A DNA stretch of 64,000 bases from an uncultured Gammaproteobacteria bacterium (GCA_964600575.1 CAZRJH010000002.1:124298-188297), one strand, 5' to 3'; counted from the stretch's first letter, positions 1-10,326 are shown. A program made the numbers and translations. Notes: generated from the sequence alone by a model not told the origin.

Positions 1-1359
1 CTTAAGGAGGTGGGCGCATTGGATTTTGATGACCTTCTTATAAAAACGGTTGTACTTTTTAAAGAATCTCCACCAGTCTTAAGTAAGTGGAATCAAAGGC
101 TAACTCATATTTTTGTAGATGAATGGCAAGACACAAACAAAGTTCAATATACTTTAACCAGGTTGTTAGTAGGATTAGGTAGGAATTTAACTGCGGTCGG
201 AGATGCTTCCCAATCTATCTATTCTTGGAGAGGTGCCGATTATAGAAATATTAATTATCTAATACGAGATTACCCTGACATTAAAGTAATAAATCTCGAA
301 CAAAACTACCGATCTACTCAAAATATTTTGGAGGCTGCCAACATGGTAATTTCCAAAAACACAGGACACCCCGTACTCAAGCTTTGGACAGATAAAAACA
401 AGGGGGACCGTCTCAAGCTCTATAGCGCCAGAAACGGTTTTGACGAGGCTGATTTTGTTGTTAAAGAAGTTAAATCCAAAGGAAATTATTCCGAAACTGC
501 AGTTTTATATAGAACAAATGCTCAATCGCGCGTTTTAGAAGAGGCGTTTATTCACCAGGGAATTCCTTACACCTTGGTTGGAGGTGTGAAGTTTTATGAT
601 CGCAAAGAAGTAAAAGATGTCATTAGTTTTATAAGATACCTTTTTAATCATAAAGATTCGGTTTCCAGAAAAAGAATTGAAAAAATCGGCATAAGGCGCT
701 TTGAAAAGCTAGAGACCCTTTTGGATGACGCCAAATTGATGAAGGATCTTCCTACAATCGAGGTTTTTGATATTGTTTTAGAAAAAACAGATTACCTGGC
801 ACTGTTTCAGAAACAAACTGAGGAAAATTTGGCAAGACTAGAGAACATAAAAGAGTTAAGAAGCGTTGCTGCAGAGTTCCCCAAGATAGACGAATTTCTG
901 GAGAATGTAGCACTTGTAGAGGCCCAACAGGACTCGGATAAACATGTTGCCTCCAGTAAAATCAGAAAAGATGCAGTTACTCTTATGACCCTGCATGCAG
1001 CCAAGGGTTTGGAATTTCCGACTGTGTTTTTAGTGGGCCTCGAAGAAGGAATATTTCCACACAGCCGATCTTTGATGGATTCGGGCCAATTGGAAGAAGA
1101 AAGGCGCTTAGCCTATGTTGGAATAACGCGAGCCAAGGAAACCTTATACCTAAGTTATGCATCTTCCCGCCTTTACTTTGGAGAAAAGCTAAGCAATCCA
1201 CCTTCCAGATTCATAACAGATATTCCCGAAGGTTTGTTGGAAAATATAGGTGGCGGCAGTTTTTCGTCGGTTAATAGTTATGACTTGGGTGGCATAGATG
1301 ATATAAAAGGCACCTTTGACGATATAATAGATAAATATCTCGATTTAGATAAATCGTAG
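1..1359 (+). CDS. UvrD/PcrA-family DNA helicase, C-terminal part (5' end truncated by window)
   Basis: The reading frame is open from nt 1. Helicase motifs FVDEWQDTN, YRSTQNIL, TLMTLHAAKGLEFPTVFLVGLEEG and VGITRAKETLYLS are present. Confidence 0.85.
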   Translation, partial: LKEVGALDFDDLLIKTVVLFKESPPVLSKWNQRLTHIFVDEWQDTNKVQYTLTRLLVGLGRNLTAVGDASQSIYSWRGADYRNINYLIRDYPDIKVINLEQNYRSTQNILEAANMVISKNTGHPVLKLWTDKNKGDRLKLYSARNGFDEADFVVKEVKSKGNYSETAVLYRTNAQSRVLEEAFIHQGIPYTLVGGVKFYDRKEVKDVISFIRYLFNHKDSVSRKRIEKIGIRRFEKLETLLDDAKLMKDLPTIEVFDIVLEKTDYLALFQKQTEENLARLENIKELRSVAAEFPKIDEFLENVALVEAQQDSDKHVASSKIRKDAVTLMTLHAAKGLEFPTVFLVGLEEGIFPHSRSLMDSGQLEEERRLAYVGITRAKETLYLSYASSRLYFGEKLSNPPSRFITDIPEGLLENIGGGSFSSVNSYDLGGIDDIKGTFDDIIDKYLDLDKS

Positions 1360-1400
1360 ATAAATATCTCGACTCTAGCGAGTCATAAGATAAATATCTT
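1328..1400. repeat. Array of direct repeats TAGATAAATATCTCGA (two exact copies at 1328-1343 and 1357-1372, a partial copy at 1388-1400, and a degenerate AGATAAATCG at 1346-1355), spaced ~29-30 bp
   Basis: Read directly from the sequence. The array covers the helicase stop codon and the 5' region of the FemAB-like gene. Each unit contains the half-palindrome GATA..TATC. Confidence 0.6.
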
Positions 1401-1404
1401 CAAA

Positions 1405-2355
1405 ATGATGACTAATAATCTCAACAAAATTGCCACACACCCTCTGCAAACCTCTTACTGGGCAGAGTTCAGACGCAAATGGGGGAACGAAGTTCTAGAA
1501 ACCGAGTTTGGAATTTTGACACTTCATAAAATTCCATACACAAAATACAAAATTGGAATGTTCATTAAAGGCCCTTCTCCAACAAAAAGTATGCTTGAAA
1601 AATTGAGAGACATTGGTAAAAAGAATAATTTGATTTTTATTAAAATGGAACCCAATGCAGAAAAGGATGAGGACCTGGAAAAATTGTTGGAAAACTCGGG
1701 TGCGGTACCGGGTAAAACACTTTTTACACCAACAACTTTTTGGATAGACCTAACTCCAAGTGAGGATGAACTTTTTAAAAGTTTTCATTCCAAAACCAGA
1801 TACAATATTCGTTTAGCTCAAAAAAATGGAGTGGTAATAAAAGAAGACGATACTGAAAAAGCTTTCGATAAATATTTAGAACTCACAAAAGAGACAGTGG
1901 AAAGACAGGGTTTTTTTGCACACACAGCCAAATATCACAGGCTAATGTGGGAGACACTCAGGAAAGCAGGTATTGCTCATCTTATGACCGCTTTGTATCA
2001 AAATGAAACAATAACCACTTGGATATTATTTGAATGGCAAGGGTTTCTTTATTACCCGTACGGAGCGTCCACCGAAAAACACAAACAGATTATGGCAAAT
2101 AATTTAATGATGTGGGAGGCTATAAAATTCGGTAAAAAAAGAGGACTTAAAACTTTTGACTTGTGGGGAAGAGAAGAAGGAAAAGGTTTTACAAAGTTCA
2201 AAGAAGGCTACAGCCCCAAGGTTGTTGAGTTTCTTGGGACTTGGGATTTGGTTATAAATAAAAATTTATATACTTTTTATAGACTGGCAGAAAAAGTGAG
2301 ATGGCCACTTCTAAAAATTTCAGCAAAAATAGGACTTTCTAGACACAGGTTTTAA
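1405..2355 (+). CDS. FemAB-family peptidyltransferase (lipid II amino-acid branch transferase-like)
   Basis: 316 aa. The FemAB-like signature TRYNIRLAQKNGVVIKE and a GNAT-like C-terminal half are present. Confidence 0.6.
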   Translation: MMTNNLNKIATHPLQTSYWAEFRRKWGNEVLETEFGILTLHKIPYTKYKIGMFIKGPSPTKSMLEKLRDIGKKNNLIFIKMEPNAEKDEDLEKLLENSGAVPGKTLFTPTTFWIDLTPSEDELFKSFHSKTRYNIRLAQKNGVVIKEDDTEKAFDKYLELTKETVERQGFFAHTAKYHRLMWETLRKAGIAHLMTALYQNETITTWILFEWQGFLYYPYGASTEKHKQIMANNLMMWEAIKFGKKRGLKTFDLWGREEGKGFTKFKEGYSPKVVEFLGTWDLVINKNLYTFYRLAEKVRWPLLKISAKIGLSRHRF

Positions 2356-2394
2356 AACTTCCAAGCCAAAGATATTGCATATATACTATTTACA

Positions 2395-3624
2395 ATGCTC
2401 AAAAAAGGTCTCATTTTTGCGGGTTTAGTAATTTTTTTGGGAGTAGCTTTAACATTACTATTTATCAACCAATACAGACTCCAGGAAGGTCCCTCTGTAG
2501 ATAAAGCAGAAATCTTTAACGGGGAGGGGTATGTTCCAAAAGATATTTCAAAGTACCAAATCTCCGAAGTCGCAAACAAGCTTGCATCCCCGACTCGCTT
2601 AAAAATAACCCCGGACCAAGAAACACTTCTGGTAACTCAAATCACCGGTGAACTTATTGCTATACCGCGAGACAAAGATGGTTGGTCCAAAAAACCATAC
2701 CTCGTATCTAGAACAAAAACGAGTTTTCCCGGGTTTCCGCCAGATGAGGCAGGATTGGTTGGGCTGGCATTTTCCAATAACTTTTCTAAAAACAAAACCG
2801 CCTTTTTGCTTTATAACTTCAAACAAAAGGACGGTAAAGTTCAAAATCGGATCAATAGCATAAAACTCGTAAATTTATTTGGTCGAGTGATCGGAATAAA
2901 TCAAAAGCAAATATGGCAAGCTAATGTTTTTGGCACGGGTTCGCATCAGATTACAGACGCCGCACCTGTGCAATTTAACGATGAAGATAGAATAATTTTT
3001 GCGATTGGTGAAGGTTTCGACGGAAAAAAAGCCCAAGACCCAAAGCTTGATGCAGGAAAAATACTTTCGATAAAAGAAGATGGTTCAAGTCCTGTTATGC
3101 ATGCGTTAGGGCTAAGAAACGGATATGTTTTTTCAAAAAATATTTATGACAAGGAAGGAAAATTCCTGATTTCCGATACTGGTCCGGATAAATATGACAG
3201 ACTTATTTATACAAACCCTTTGCTTTCAAATAGCATTAATTTGGCCTGGGACGGAAATCAAGACAGTCTTCTTACAAAAATCGCAGATCCAAACGACAAA
3301 TCCGTATCAGATATTGTTATAACCAGACTACCAGAAACAAAAACATTCACAGGAATTGGATTTACCGGCGAAAACAAAGTGTATCTGACACTTTTTGGAA
3401 AAACAGGAAGTAAAGAAAACTCTCAGGGAAAACAAATTCTATTGGGCAAATTTACTACAAGACCACAACCAAAAATAGAAACGGAAGTAATAATAGAAAG
3501 GAATCCTGCGGCAAACGGTTTTTTTGGAAACCCGATAGGACTAGAAATTGATCCGAATGATAATTCCGTGCTTTTTGCAGACATAATGGAAGGAAAAATT
3601 TATCAAATTTCCGAAAGGAGGTGA
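2395..3624 (+). CDS. Secreted or membrane-anchored beta-propeller protein, possibly soluble glucose/sorbosone dehydrogenase-like
   Basis: 409 aa with an N-terminal TM/signal segment. Repeated propeller-like blades are visible, and GNPIGLEIDPNDNSVLFADIMEGKIYQI resembles GSDH/SMP-30 blades. The family assignment is weak. Confidence 0.5.
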   Translation: MLKKGLIFAGLVIFLGVALTLLFINQYRLQEGPSVDKAEIFNGEGYVPKDISKYQISEVANKLASPTRLKITPDQETLLVTQITGELIAIPRDKDGWSKKPYLVSRTKTSFPGFPPDEAGLVGLAFSNNFSKNKTAFLLYNFKQKDGKVQNRINSIKLVNLFGRVIGINQKQIWQANVFGTGSHQITDAAPVQFNDEDRIIFAIGEGFDGKKAQDPKLDAGKILSIKEDGSSPVMHALGLRNGYVFSKNIYDKEGKFLISDTGPDKYDRLIYTNPLLSNSINLAWDGNQDSLLTKIADPNDKSVSDIVITRLPETKTFTGIGFTGENKVYLTLFGKTGSKENSQGKQILLGKFTTRPQPKIETEVIIERNPAANGFFGNPIGLEIDPNDNSVLFADIMEGKIYQISERR

Positions 3625-3629
3625 AACTA

Positions 3630-3992
3630 ATGAATAAAATAATAATCGTTGTTGTTGTCTTGTTGATGGGGGGGCTCGGATATTTCTTTTTAAATAAACC
3701 GAGTCAATCAAAACCTGAACAAACAATTGTCGAAACATCAACGGGTGCAGATGTTGTAATAAAAGACTTTAAATTTAATCCAGGGACATTAACAGTTAAA
3801 CCTGGCGAGGTTGTATCGATTGTTAATAAAGATGTAGCTGGTCACTCGTTTACAGCCGATGACGGTTCTGTAGATACAGGCGTACTTTCCCAAAATGCTG
3901 ACGGTAGTATTACAGCACCTTCAAAGCCGGGAACATACAAGTTTCATTGCATTCCACATCCTTCAATAACCGGAGTCTTGGTTGTTGAATAA
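3630..3992 (+). CDS. Cupredoxin (amicyanin/pseudoazurin-like) with N-terminal membrane anchor
   Basis: SD AAGGAGG lies 8 nt upstream of ATG 3630. The C-terminal copper-site pattern GTYKFHCIPHPSITGVLVV has His...Cys-x2-His, with Ile where the axial Met is expected. Confidence 0.7.
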   Translation: MNKIIIVVVVLLMGGLGYFFLNKPSQSKPEQTIVETSTGADVVIKDFKFNPGTLTVKPGEVVSIVNKDVAGHSFTADDGSVDTGVLSQNADGSITAPSKPGTYKFHCIPHPSITGVLVVE

Positions 3993-4009
3993 CTGCTATA
4001 CTTTGCCTG

Positions 4010-4894
4010 ATGATAGACATCAGGCAAAGTCGGGCTTATGCAAGATTTGTGGAAGCAGAGGGATGGAAGGTAGAGAGAATCCGTGAAACCAATTACTTCA
4101 TTCGGAAAATATTTTTCTTAGGCTCAATACTGAAGCTTCAAAGGCCGCAAAAAATCGATTTTAATGTAATATCAGATTTATGCCGTAAATACGGCGTTTA
4201 TCAAATAATAGTTGAGCCGAACTTAGCTTCCGGTTCCGTCTCCGCAACTAATCATAGTTTATTGTTGCATAAAGGCTTTAGGCTTGCCAAAAGCACATAT
4301 TTACCCTCAAAAACACTTCAAGTTAACCTAAAAAAACCGATAGGAAATATATTCGAGTCCTTTAAGAAAGATGCAAGGCAGGCTGTGAAAAGGGGAGAGC
4401 ACATAAAAACTAAAGATTACTCGACCGCTCAGGAAATAAAAGAATTTAGGAAATGGTGGAAAAAATCAGTTAAATACGACCGTTATGTGCCAAGTCTGGA
4501 AAGTTTAATTAATCTAAAAAAAAGTTTTCCACAACGGAACACCCTTTTCCTTGCGTCGCACAATATTTCTGGCAGAATTATAGGTGGAGCGATTTTCACG
4601 ATTTCCCATGAAAAAAATGATATAGTTTGTTACTATTGGCAAGCATTTACAAGCACTGAGGGTCGTACCTCCCTCTCCCAATACTCACTCCTCTATCAGG
4701 GAATACTATGGGCTAAAAGAACGGGTGCGAGCGTTTTTGACTTTGAAGGAATTTACGATGAAAGGTTTCCAAATAAAAGCTGGTATGGATTCACACACTT
4801 TAAAAAATCATTTGGAGGCTCCCCTGTTGAGTATCCGGGATGTTATATTAAATACAACTTATTAGGCCGATTTCTTGCAAAAAATGAAATATAA
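4010..4894 (+). CDS. FemAB-like or GNAT-fold acyl/aminoacyl-transferase paralog
   Basis: 294 aa. Motifs FKKDARQAVKRGE and GASVFDFEG resemble FemAB/FemX. This is the second such gene in the window. Confidence 0.5.
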   Translation: MIDIRQSRAYARFVEAEGWKVERIRETNYFIRKIFFLGSILKLQRPQKIDFNVISDLCRKYGVYQIIVEPNLASGSVSATNHSLLLHKGFRLAKSTYLPSKTLQVNLKKPIGNIFESFKKDARQAVKRGEHIKTKDYSTAQEIKEFRKWWKKSVKYDRYVPSLESLINLKKSFPQRNTLFLASHNISGRIIGGAIFTISHEKNDIVCYYWQAFTSTEGRTSLSQYSLLYQGILWAKRTGASVFDFEGIYDERFPNKSWYGFTHFKKSFGGSPVEYPGCYIKYNLLGRFLAKNEI

Positions 4895-5291
4895 AACTAT
4901 TTGTGCAATTGTAGTAAACGATAATGGCGATATCTTACTAACAAAGCGCAACAGAGAACCTTTCTCCGGAAAATGGGCGTTATTCAGCGGCATTGGAGAG
5001 TCTAAAAAAGGATTTACACCTGAAGAAGGTGTTGCAGAGGAGGTTCGCTGCGACCTGGGAACAAACTCCTTTACAGGCAAAAGAATATTCTCTGTGCCCA
5101 TAGAAGACGATCCTGTAACAGACGATACTGTCGTTTTCGTAGGAAGTATAAACGAAAACGAAGTGTCTCCCGATCCTGTTTTTTCGCAAGGAATTAAATG
5201 GGTTCCAATAACCAACTCAAACGAGTTTGAAGATATGGCATTTGAACACACAAAGATTATCAATAAATATCTAGAAACTTTACAGAAGTAG
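4875..5291 (+). CDS. NUDIX hydrolase
   Basis: GKWALFSGIGESKKGFTPEEGVAEEVRCDLG aligns with the MutT Nudix box (GKWEFPGG...ETPEQAVVRELQEEVGI). Confidence 0.75.
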   Translation: MQKMKYKTICAIVVNDNGDILLTKRNREPFSGKWALFSGIGESKKGFTPEEGVAEEVRCDLGTNSFTGKRIFSVPIEDDPVTDDTVVFVGSINENEVSPDPVFSQGIKWVPITNSNEFEDMAFEHTKIINKYLETLQK

Positions 5292-5492
5292 GTAAAGAAA
5301 CTAAAATTTATAGACAATGAACAACAAACAAAAATTGATGTTAATTTCGGTATTTTCACTTATTTTTGTTAATTGGCTATCTATAAACGAACTTATGGGA
5401 GCCAGATCCATTAGGGAATGGGTAATGGTTTTGGGAACAATTTCCACTTTTATGTACTTTGTGGACGATCTGACTAAAACCAAAAATAAAAA

Positions 5493-6260
5493 ATGAAGGA
5501 TACGCCCCAGGTAGCAATTCCTGTAATCAGAGATTCAAAAGGTAACTTCTTACTCATAACTCGAAGCGAATACCCGGAACACAAAAACGAATGGGGCCCT
5601 ATTGCGGGACATGTCAAAGAAAAAGAAACAATACAAGAAGCACTAATTAGGGAGTCTCTGGAAGAACTTGCACTCAAAGTTATACCTCTAAAGCAAGTTG
5701 CAGTTATTCCACAAGATATAGGTAAGGACATCGGACACTGGTGGTTTTGCGATGTTTTGTCGGGAGAAATTAAACCAAACCACGAGATAGATAATTACAA
5801 ATACTTTTCTAGTGAAGAAATAAAAGACCTTAAACTATGGCCAGCAACCAGAAAATTTTTTGAGAACTTTATTTGGTCCAAAACTTGGAACCTTAAATTT
5901 TCATCACTTCATTCCCCCGATGACATTCTTAATCTTATTGAAAACGGTCAAAAAACTATTGAAACCAGATCAAGAAATCCCAACGACGGCTTTAACGATT
6001 ATACAAACGTAAAACCCGGAGATACATTACACTTTATCTCGACGGATACGGATAAAGAAATAGAAAAAATTGTAACTTTTAACCACATCTATGATTCTAT
6101 CGAAGAAATGCTCTCTATAGAGAACCCCGAAGAAATTCTTCCCGGAATAGGATCTAAAGAAAATATGTTAAAACAATACGAAACAGCAAAATCTAAATGG
6201 GGTAAAAAATATAAATATGAACTTGAAAACTATGGAATTGTTGCTTTAGGTTTTAAATAA
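5493..6260 (+). CDS. NUDIX hydrolase fused to a C-terminal ASCH (PUA-like) domain
   Basis: The N-terminal Nudix box is GHVKEKETIQEALIRESLEELAL. The C-terminal ~110 aa (IENGQKTIETRSRN...GDTLHF) matches the ASCH pattern. Confidence 0.65.
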   Translation: MKDTPQVAIPVIRDSKGNFLLITRSEYPEHKNEWGPIAGHVKEKETIQEALIRESLEELALKVIPLKQVAVIPQDIGKDIGHWWFCDVLSGEIKPNHEIDNYKYFSSEEIKDLKLWPATRKFFENFIWSKTWNLKFSSLHSPDDILNLIENGQKTIETRSRNPNDGFNDYTNVKPGDTLHFISTDTDKEIEKIVTFNHIYDSIEEMLSIENPEEILPGIGSKENMLKQYETAKSKWGKKYKYELENYGIVALGFK

Positions 6261-6523
6261 TGACAAGCCATCAACTGAAAGTTAATAAAGATTTTTTTGA
6301 AAAAATATTGTCCGGAGACAAAAATTTTGAAATAAGACTAGGCGACAAACAATACAAAGTGGGCGACGTCCTTATACTTATAGAGAAGGATCCGTTAACA
6401 AATAACCTAACCGGCAGGACTGTCAAAAAAACAGTCACATATTCCAGAAATACAAAGGATATTAGTCATTGGACAAAAGAGGAAACGGAAAAGTACGGTC
6501 TTCAAATAATTGCCTTTAAATAA
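6260..6523 (+). CDS. Small ASCH/DUF3850-like (PUA-fold) protein
   Basis: 87 aa with the pattern KNFEIRLGDKQYKVGDVLILIE. Its ATG overlaps the stop of the preceding gene, consistent with translational coupling. Confidence 0.5.
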   Translation: MTSHQLKVNKDFFEKILSGDKNFEIRLGDKQYKVGDVLILIEKDPLTNNLTGRTVKKTVTYSRNTKDISHWTKEETEKYGLQIIAFK

Positions 6524-6543
6524 TCCCGGTAATAGAATACCCC

Positions 6544-6861
6544 ATGTCGGAAAGATATTATAAAACCATGATTGTTGCACCGGGTTTTGAGTACAGAGAT
6601 GAGAACTTTGTGGAACCCTCACCTTTTGGTGGAGCACTAGAGGCTCCCATATCGGAAATAGCGAAAGAACTACATATACACCAAGGTGACGGCAAAACCG
6701 CCATCTATCTTGAAAGCCCCGCAACAGGAGGCCCGTTTGTGGTTTCCCACCAAGGAAAAGAAACCCTTCTTGTGCCGGGTGAGGTGGCTTTGTTCGAAAG
6801 CTGCAAAATAACCCTGTTTATAAAGAAACTGGACCACATACAGATAATTATTCTGGAGTGA
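6544..6861 (+). CDS. Hypothetical protein
   Basis: 105-aa ORF filling the gap. No recognisable motif. Confidence 0.4.
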   Translation: MSERYYKTMIVAPGFEYRDENFVEPSPFGGALEAPISEIAKELHIHQGDGKTAIYLESPATGGPFVVSHQGKETLLVPGEVALFESCKITLFIKKLDHIQIIILE

Positions 6862-6863
6862 TG

Positions 6864-9770
6864 TTAGTGATCTTCTTTGCAAAACATTGAATATTCACAC
6901 CCCTGAAGGCAAAACATATGCCCGGAGCACTTAAAGTCGGAGTTTTCAATTGCCACTTTAGCCCTAAATATTTCTTTAACAGCGTCCTCTAGCTGCTTTT
7001 TACTCCTTGTGGTCGAAATTTTTTCCTGAGTATCCAAAAAGTACAAGGATAGTTTTACCTTGGAGGGATCTTTAACATAGGGTTTTTTGTCTGACATTGT
7101 TGCGGCAAGTGCATAAAAGCTTAACTGTAAATTCTTGTCGACCTCTCTTTGTGTTGGAATATTTGCACTTGTTTTATAATCGATTATTTCTATATTTCCG
7201 TCTCCCAAGTCATCTACCCTATCAATAGCTCCTCCAACAAGAACCTTTGCACCGGTCTCGTCTTTCAACGAAAAAGAAAATCTATCCTCCATAAGTACGG
7301 GGTGTTTTCCTTTTGTAAATCCTTGCTGCAAAAATCCGGATAAATAAATTTTCCCTTTTTCCTTAAAATCCTTTTCGTGTTTTTTGTCCAAAAACCCTCT
7401 GTTGACCCAATTTTTATCCAAAAGATCATACATCAGTTTTAAGCCAGGTGTTTGGCCGAATGATACTTCGGCGTAAAAATCTTTAATGGTTGCGTGTATT
7501 GCGGTACCAAAACTGGCAGACGCGGAAGGCGGAGACGGCAATTTTAGTAATCTGCCTAGCTTAAAATGTAGAGGGCAGGTATCAAAGGTGTCTATATCTG
7601 AGTACGATAAATAATTTATATGTAACTTTTCTTGCTCGTTAACAACCTGTGGGTTCTTGGGTTTATATTCCAAAAAAGAAAGCTGTTCATTATAAATTTT
7701 TAGTTTTTCTTTTTTAGATTCTTTTGTACCCAAAGCTTCGGAAATAAATTGCGAAAGCTTTTTTTCTCTTTTCCCTTCCCCGTAAAAGTCTGCGGCAGTC
7801 AAAAATAACTTTTCTTTGGCACGTGTCATTGCCACATAAAAAAGTCTTCTTTCTTCTTCAAGGTGAAAGTCGCCAACCGGTAGTATTTCTTTTATCAATT
7901 CATTTGGAATCGGTATCGGTTCTCTGCGTTCAGTAGAAGGAAACCTCTGAGAAACCAAGTTAACAATGAAAACAACCGGAAACTCTAAGCCTTTTGACGA
8001 ATGCACAGTGAGAATGTTAACAGCATCCACCTCGTTCCAATCAGTGTCGGCTGCCAAAGGACTTTCGCCTGAATCTATAGAGAGTTCTATATAATCAACA
8101 ATCTCCGAAACCCCGGCACTTTCGTTTAAAGCCTCATAGCCTTTCAACTTATCAAAAAATTTTGCAATGTTTCTGGATTTTTTTTCCGCATTATCCCCTT
8201 CCCCACTTAGTAAGTCTTGCAGGATGCCAGACTCTTCAAGGAAAAAGTAAAGCACCTGTCCTGCGGTTTCTTTTTTGGCTAATTCTTGGTGTTTTATTAT
8301 TAATTTGATCACTTTATTTATACTGCTCTTTGTTTTTTCTGATACTTCGCATGAATCAACATTTTCCGCAATCTGGTACAAACTTTTGTTATTTTTTCTC
8401 GAGGCGGCAGAAAGCATCGCCAGGTCACTACCCGAAATTCCAAAGTAGTCGATAGAAAGAACCCTATATAAAGAAAGTGAGTCTTCTGTGTTGTACAAAA
8501 CTTTTAAATAAGCTATCAGGTCAATTACTTCCGACTGCTTGAATAACTTTCCAGGACCTAGAAATTGGGCGGGTATCCCATTTCTTGAGAAAGATTTAAC
8601 AAACGGGTCCGCATGGGAATTGGCCCTAACGAGTACAGCAAAATCTTTATACGAATAACCGAAATTCTCTATTAGATCTAAAATTTTTGAGCTAACAAGA
8701 TCGGCTTCGTTCTCTACCCTGTCTGCATGCAGAAACTCTACATTCTCCCCTTTTTCAAAAATCTGACTTTTAAGTTTTTTATCAATCTTTTCAACAACCT
8801 CCAAGCGATCGGGATTATTAAACTGAATAAGATCGTATGATTTATCTAATATTTCCTGAGTTGATCTGTAGTTTTTGGTTAAAACTGCTATTTCTGTTTT
8901 TGGAAAAGATTTTCTAAACTGTATAACATTACTTACAGCCGCCCCTCTAAATCTATAAATGCTTTGATCATCGTCTGCCACAACTGTTATGTTTCCGTTT
9001 TTGCCCGCCAATAGTTTTACTAGTTCATTTTGAGAAAAATTAGTATCTTGAAATTCGTCCACCAATATATACTTAAACTCTTTTTTATATTCCGCGAGTA
9101 TATTTGGACGAGTTCTAAAAAGTTTTAGGGTGTTTGTAATTAAATCTCCAAAGTCAACCAAGCCTTCTTTTGTTTTTAAGTTTGCATAGTCAACATAAAG
9201 ACCCGCAAGTTCTTTGTATTTTTTTACATCAAGTTTGTCTTCTTCGGTTTTTGGTTTGAGTGTTTCTACCCAGTTGTTGTATTTATCGGGCGTAATATCC
9301 TCATCCGAAAGTCTGGAAAAATGCTTCATAACCCCTTCTATAAATTTATTAGGATTTCCCAGGGGACGAAAATAATCTAAGTTAAAATTAAACAAGTTTT
9401 TTCTCAAAAGGCGAGCTGATTCTCCCTCGGTTAAAAGTTTGTAGTCTGTTGTCAAACCAATATTAAGATTTTCTCTTCTCAAAATCTTGTCGCAGAATGC
9501 ATGGAAGGTCATTATCCACATTTGTGTATAGCCGTAAGGCATTCCTATATCGACTCTTTCTTCCATTTCTTTTGCTGCCTTTTCGGTAAAAGTTAAGGCC
9601 AAAATCTCGGAAGGTTTTGCCTTTTTAGAAAGAATCAAATATTTAATTCTTTCTGTAATAACCGTGGTCTTTCCTGTACCTGCTCCGGCAATAATCAAAA
9701 GCGGCCCCTGGCCGTGTTTTATCGCCTTTTCTTGTTCTTTGTTAATTTTTGGGATTGCGTTTCCCGTCAT
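6864..9770 (-). CDS. UvrD-family helicase fused to a C-terminal RecB/AddB-type PD-(D/E)XK nuclease with a Cys cluster
   Basis: 968 aa. Walker A is AGAGTGKTT, with DEFQDTN and YRSTQEIL also present. The C-terminus has 4 Cys in KCSGHMFCLQGCEYSMFC, as in the AddB/Cas4 Fe-S nuclease. Confidence 0.8.
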   Translation of the reverse strand: MTGNAIPKINKEQEKAIKHGQGPLLIIAGAGTGKTTVITERIKYLILSKKAKPSEILALTFTEKAAKEMEERVDIGMPYGYTQMWIMTFHAFCDKILRRENLNIGLTTDYKLLTEGESARLLRKNLFNFNLDYFRPLGNPNKFIEGVMKHFSRLSDEDITPDKYNNWVETLKPKTEEDKLDVKKYKELAGLYVDYANLKTKEGLVDFGDLITNTLKLFRTRPNILAEYKKEFKYILVDEFQDTNFSQNELVKLLAGKNGNITVVADDDQSIYRFRGAAVSNVIQFRKSFPKTEIAVLTKNYRSTQEILDKSYDLIQFNNPDRLEVVEKIDKKLKSQIFEKGENVEFLHADRVENEADLVSSKILDLIENFGYSYKDFAVLVRANSHADPFVKSFSRNGIPAQFLGPGKLFKQSEVIDLIAYLKVLYNTEDSLSLYRVLSIDYFGISGSDLAMLSAASRKNNKSLYQIAENVDSCEVSEKTKSSINKVIKLIIKHQELAKKETAGQVLYFFLEESGILQDLLSGEGDNAEKKSRNIAKFFDKLKGYEALNESAGVSEIVDYIELSIDSGESPLAADTDWNEVDAVNILTVHSSKGLEFPVVFIVNLVSQRFPSTERREPIPIPNELIKEILPVGDFHLEEERRLFYVAMTRAKEKLFLTAADFYGEGKREKKLSQFISEALGTKESKKEKLKIYNEQLSFLEYKPKNPQVVNEQEKLHINYLSYSDIDTFDTCPLHFKLGRLLKLPSPPSASASFGTAIHATIKDFYAEVSFGQTPGLKLMYDLLDKNWVNRGFLDKKHEKDFKEKGKIYLSGFLQQGFTKGKHPVLMEDRFSFSLKDETGAKVLVGGAIDRVDDLGDGNIEIIDYKTSANIPTQREVDKNLQLSFYALAATMSDKKPYVKDPSKVKLSLYFLDTQEKISTTRSKKQLEDAVKEIFRAKVAIENSDFKCSGHMFCLQGCEYSMFCKEDH

Positions 9771-9883
9771 TTCAAAGTGAATTTTAACACGACAGGAAAT
9801 AAATATTTCATTTGGTATAATTCGCGGACCAGATCCAAAAAACTTAAGCTGGCACCTATAAAAAGGATCGTTAGGAGAAAATA

Positions 9884-10321
9884 ATGTCTACTGTCGGAAC
9901 GCTTTTGAGGCTCTTCCCTGAAAAGGGTGTTTTCCATGTTACCCTTACCCATACAATCTTTGAAGCAGTAGGAGAAATGAAAAGACAAAACATTAGCTCT
10001 TTGTTGATTACAAACGACGAAGATGTCTTTGTCGGCATTCTCTCCGAAAGGGATATCGCCTGGAAGGTGGTGTTGGACAAAAAAGATCCAAACACAACCA
10101 AAGTCGGTGAAGTAATGACACCCCGTAAGGAAATTGTTTCAGTAACGACTCATACCACTTTAACAGAATGTCTTGAGCTCATGCGGGATCACAACATAAG
10201 ACACCTGCCTGTTTTAGGTGGCGACGGCGAGCCTGTCGGAATAATTTCCCTGAAAGACATCACCAGACATCTGGAAATTTTAGCGGACGATCTGCAACGA
10301 TTTATAACCGGTCATCGCTAA
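9884..10321 (+). CDS. Tandem CBS-domain protein
   Basis: 145 aa. Two CBS-like repeats are present (LLITNDEDVFVGILSERDI and VGIISLKDITRHL). SD AGGAG lies upstream. Confidence 0.75.
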   Translation: MSTVGTLLRLFPEKGVFHVTLTHTIFEAVGEMKRQNISSLLITNDEDVFVGILSERDIAWKVVLDKKDPNTTKVGEVMTPRKEIVSVTTHTTLTECLELMRDHNIRHLPVLGGDGEPVGIISLKDITRHLEILADDLQRFITGHR

Positions 10322-10326
10322 CATAC

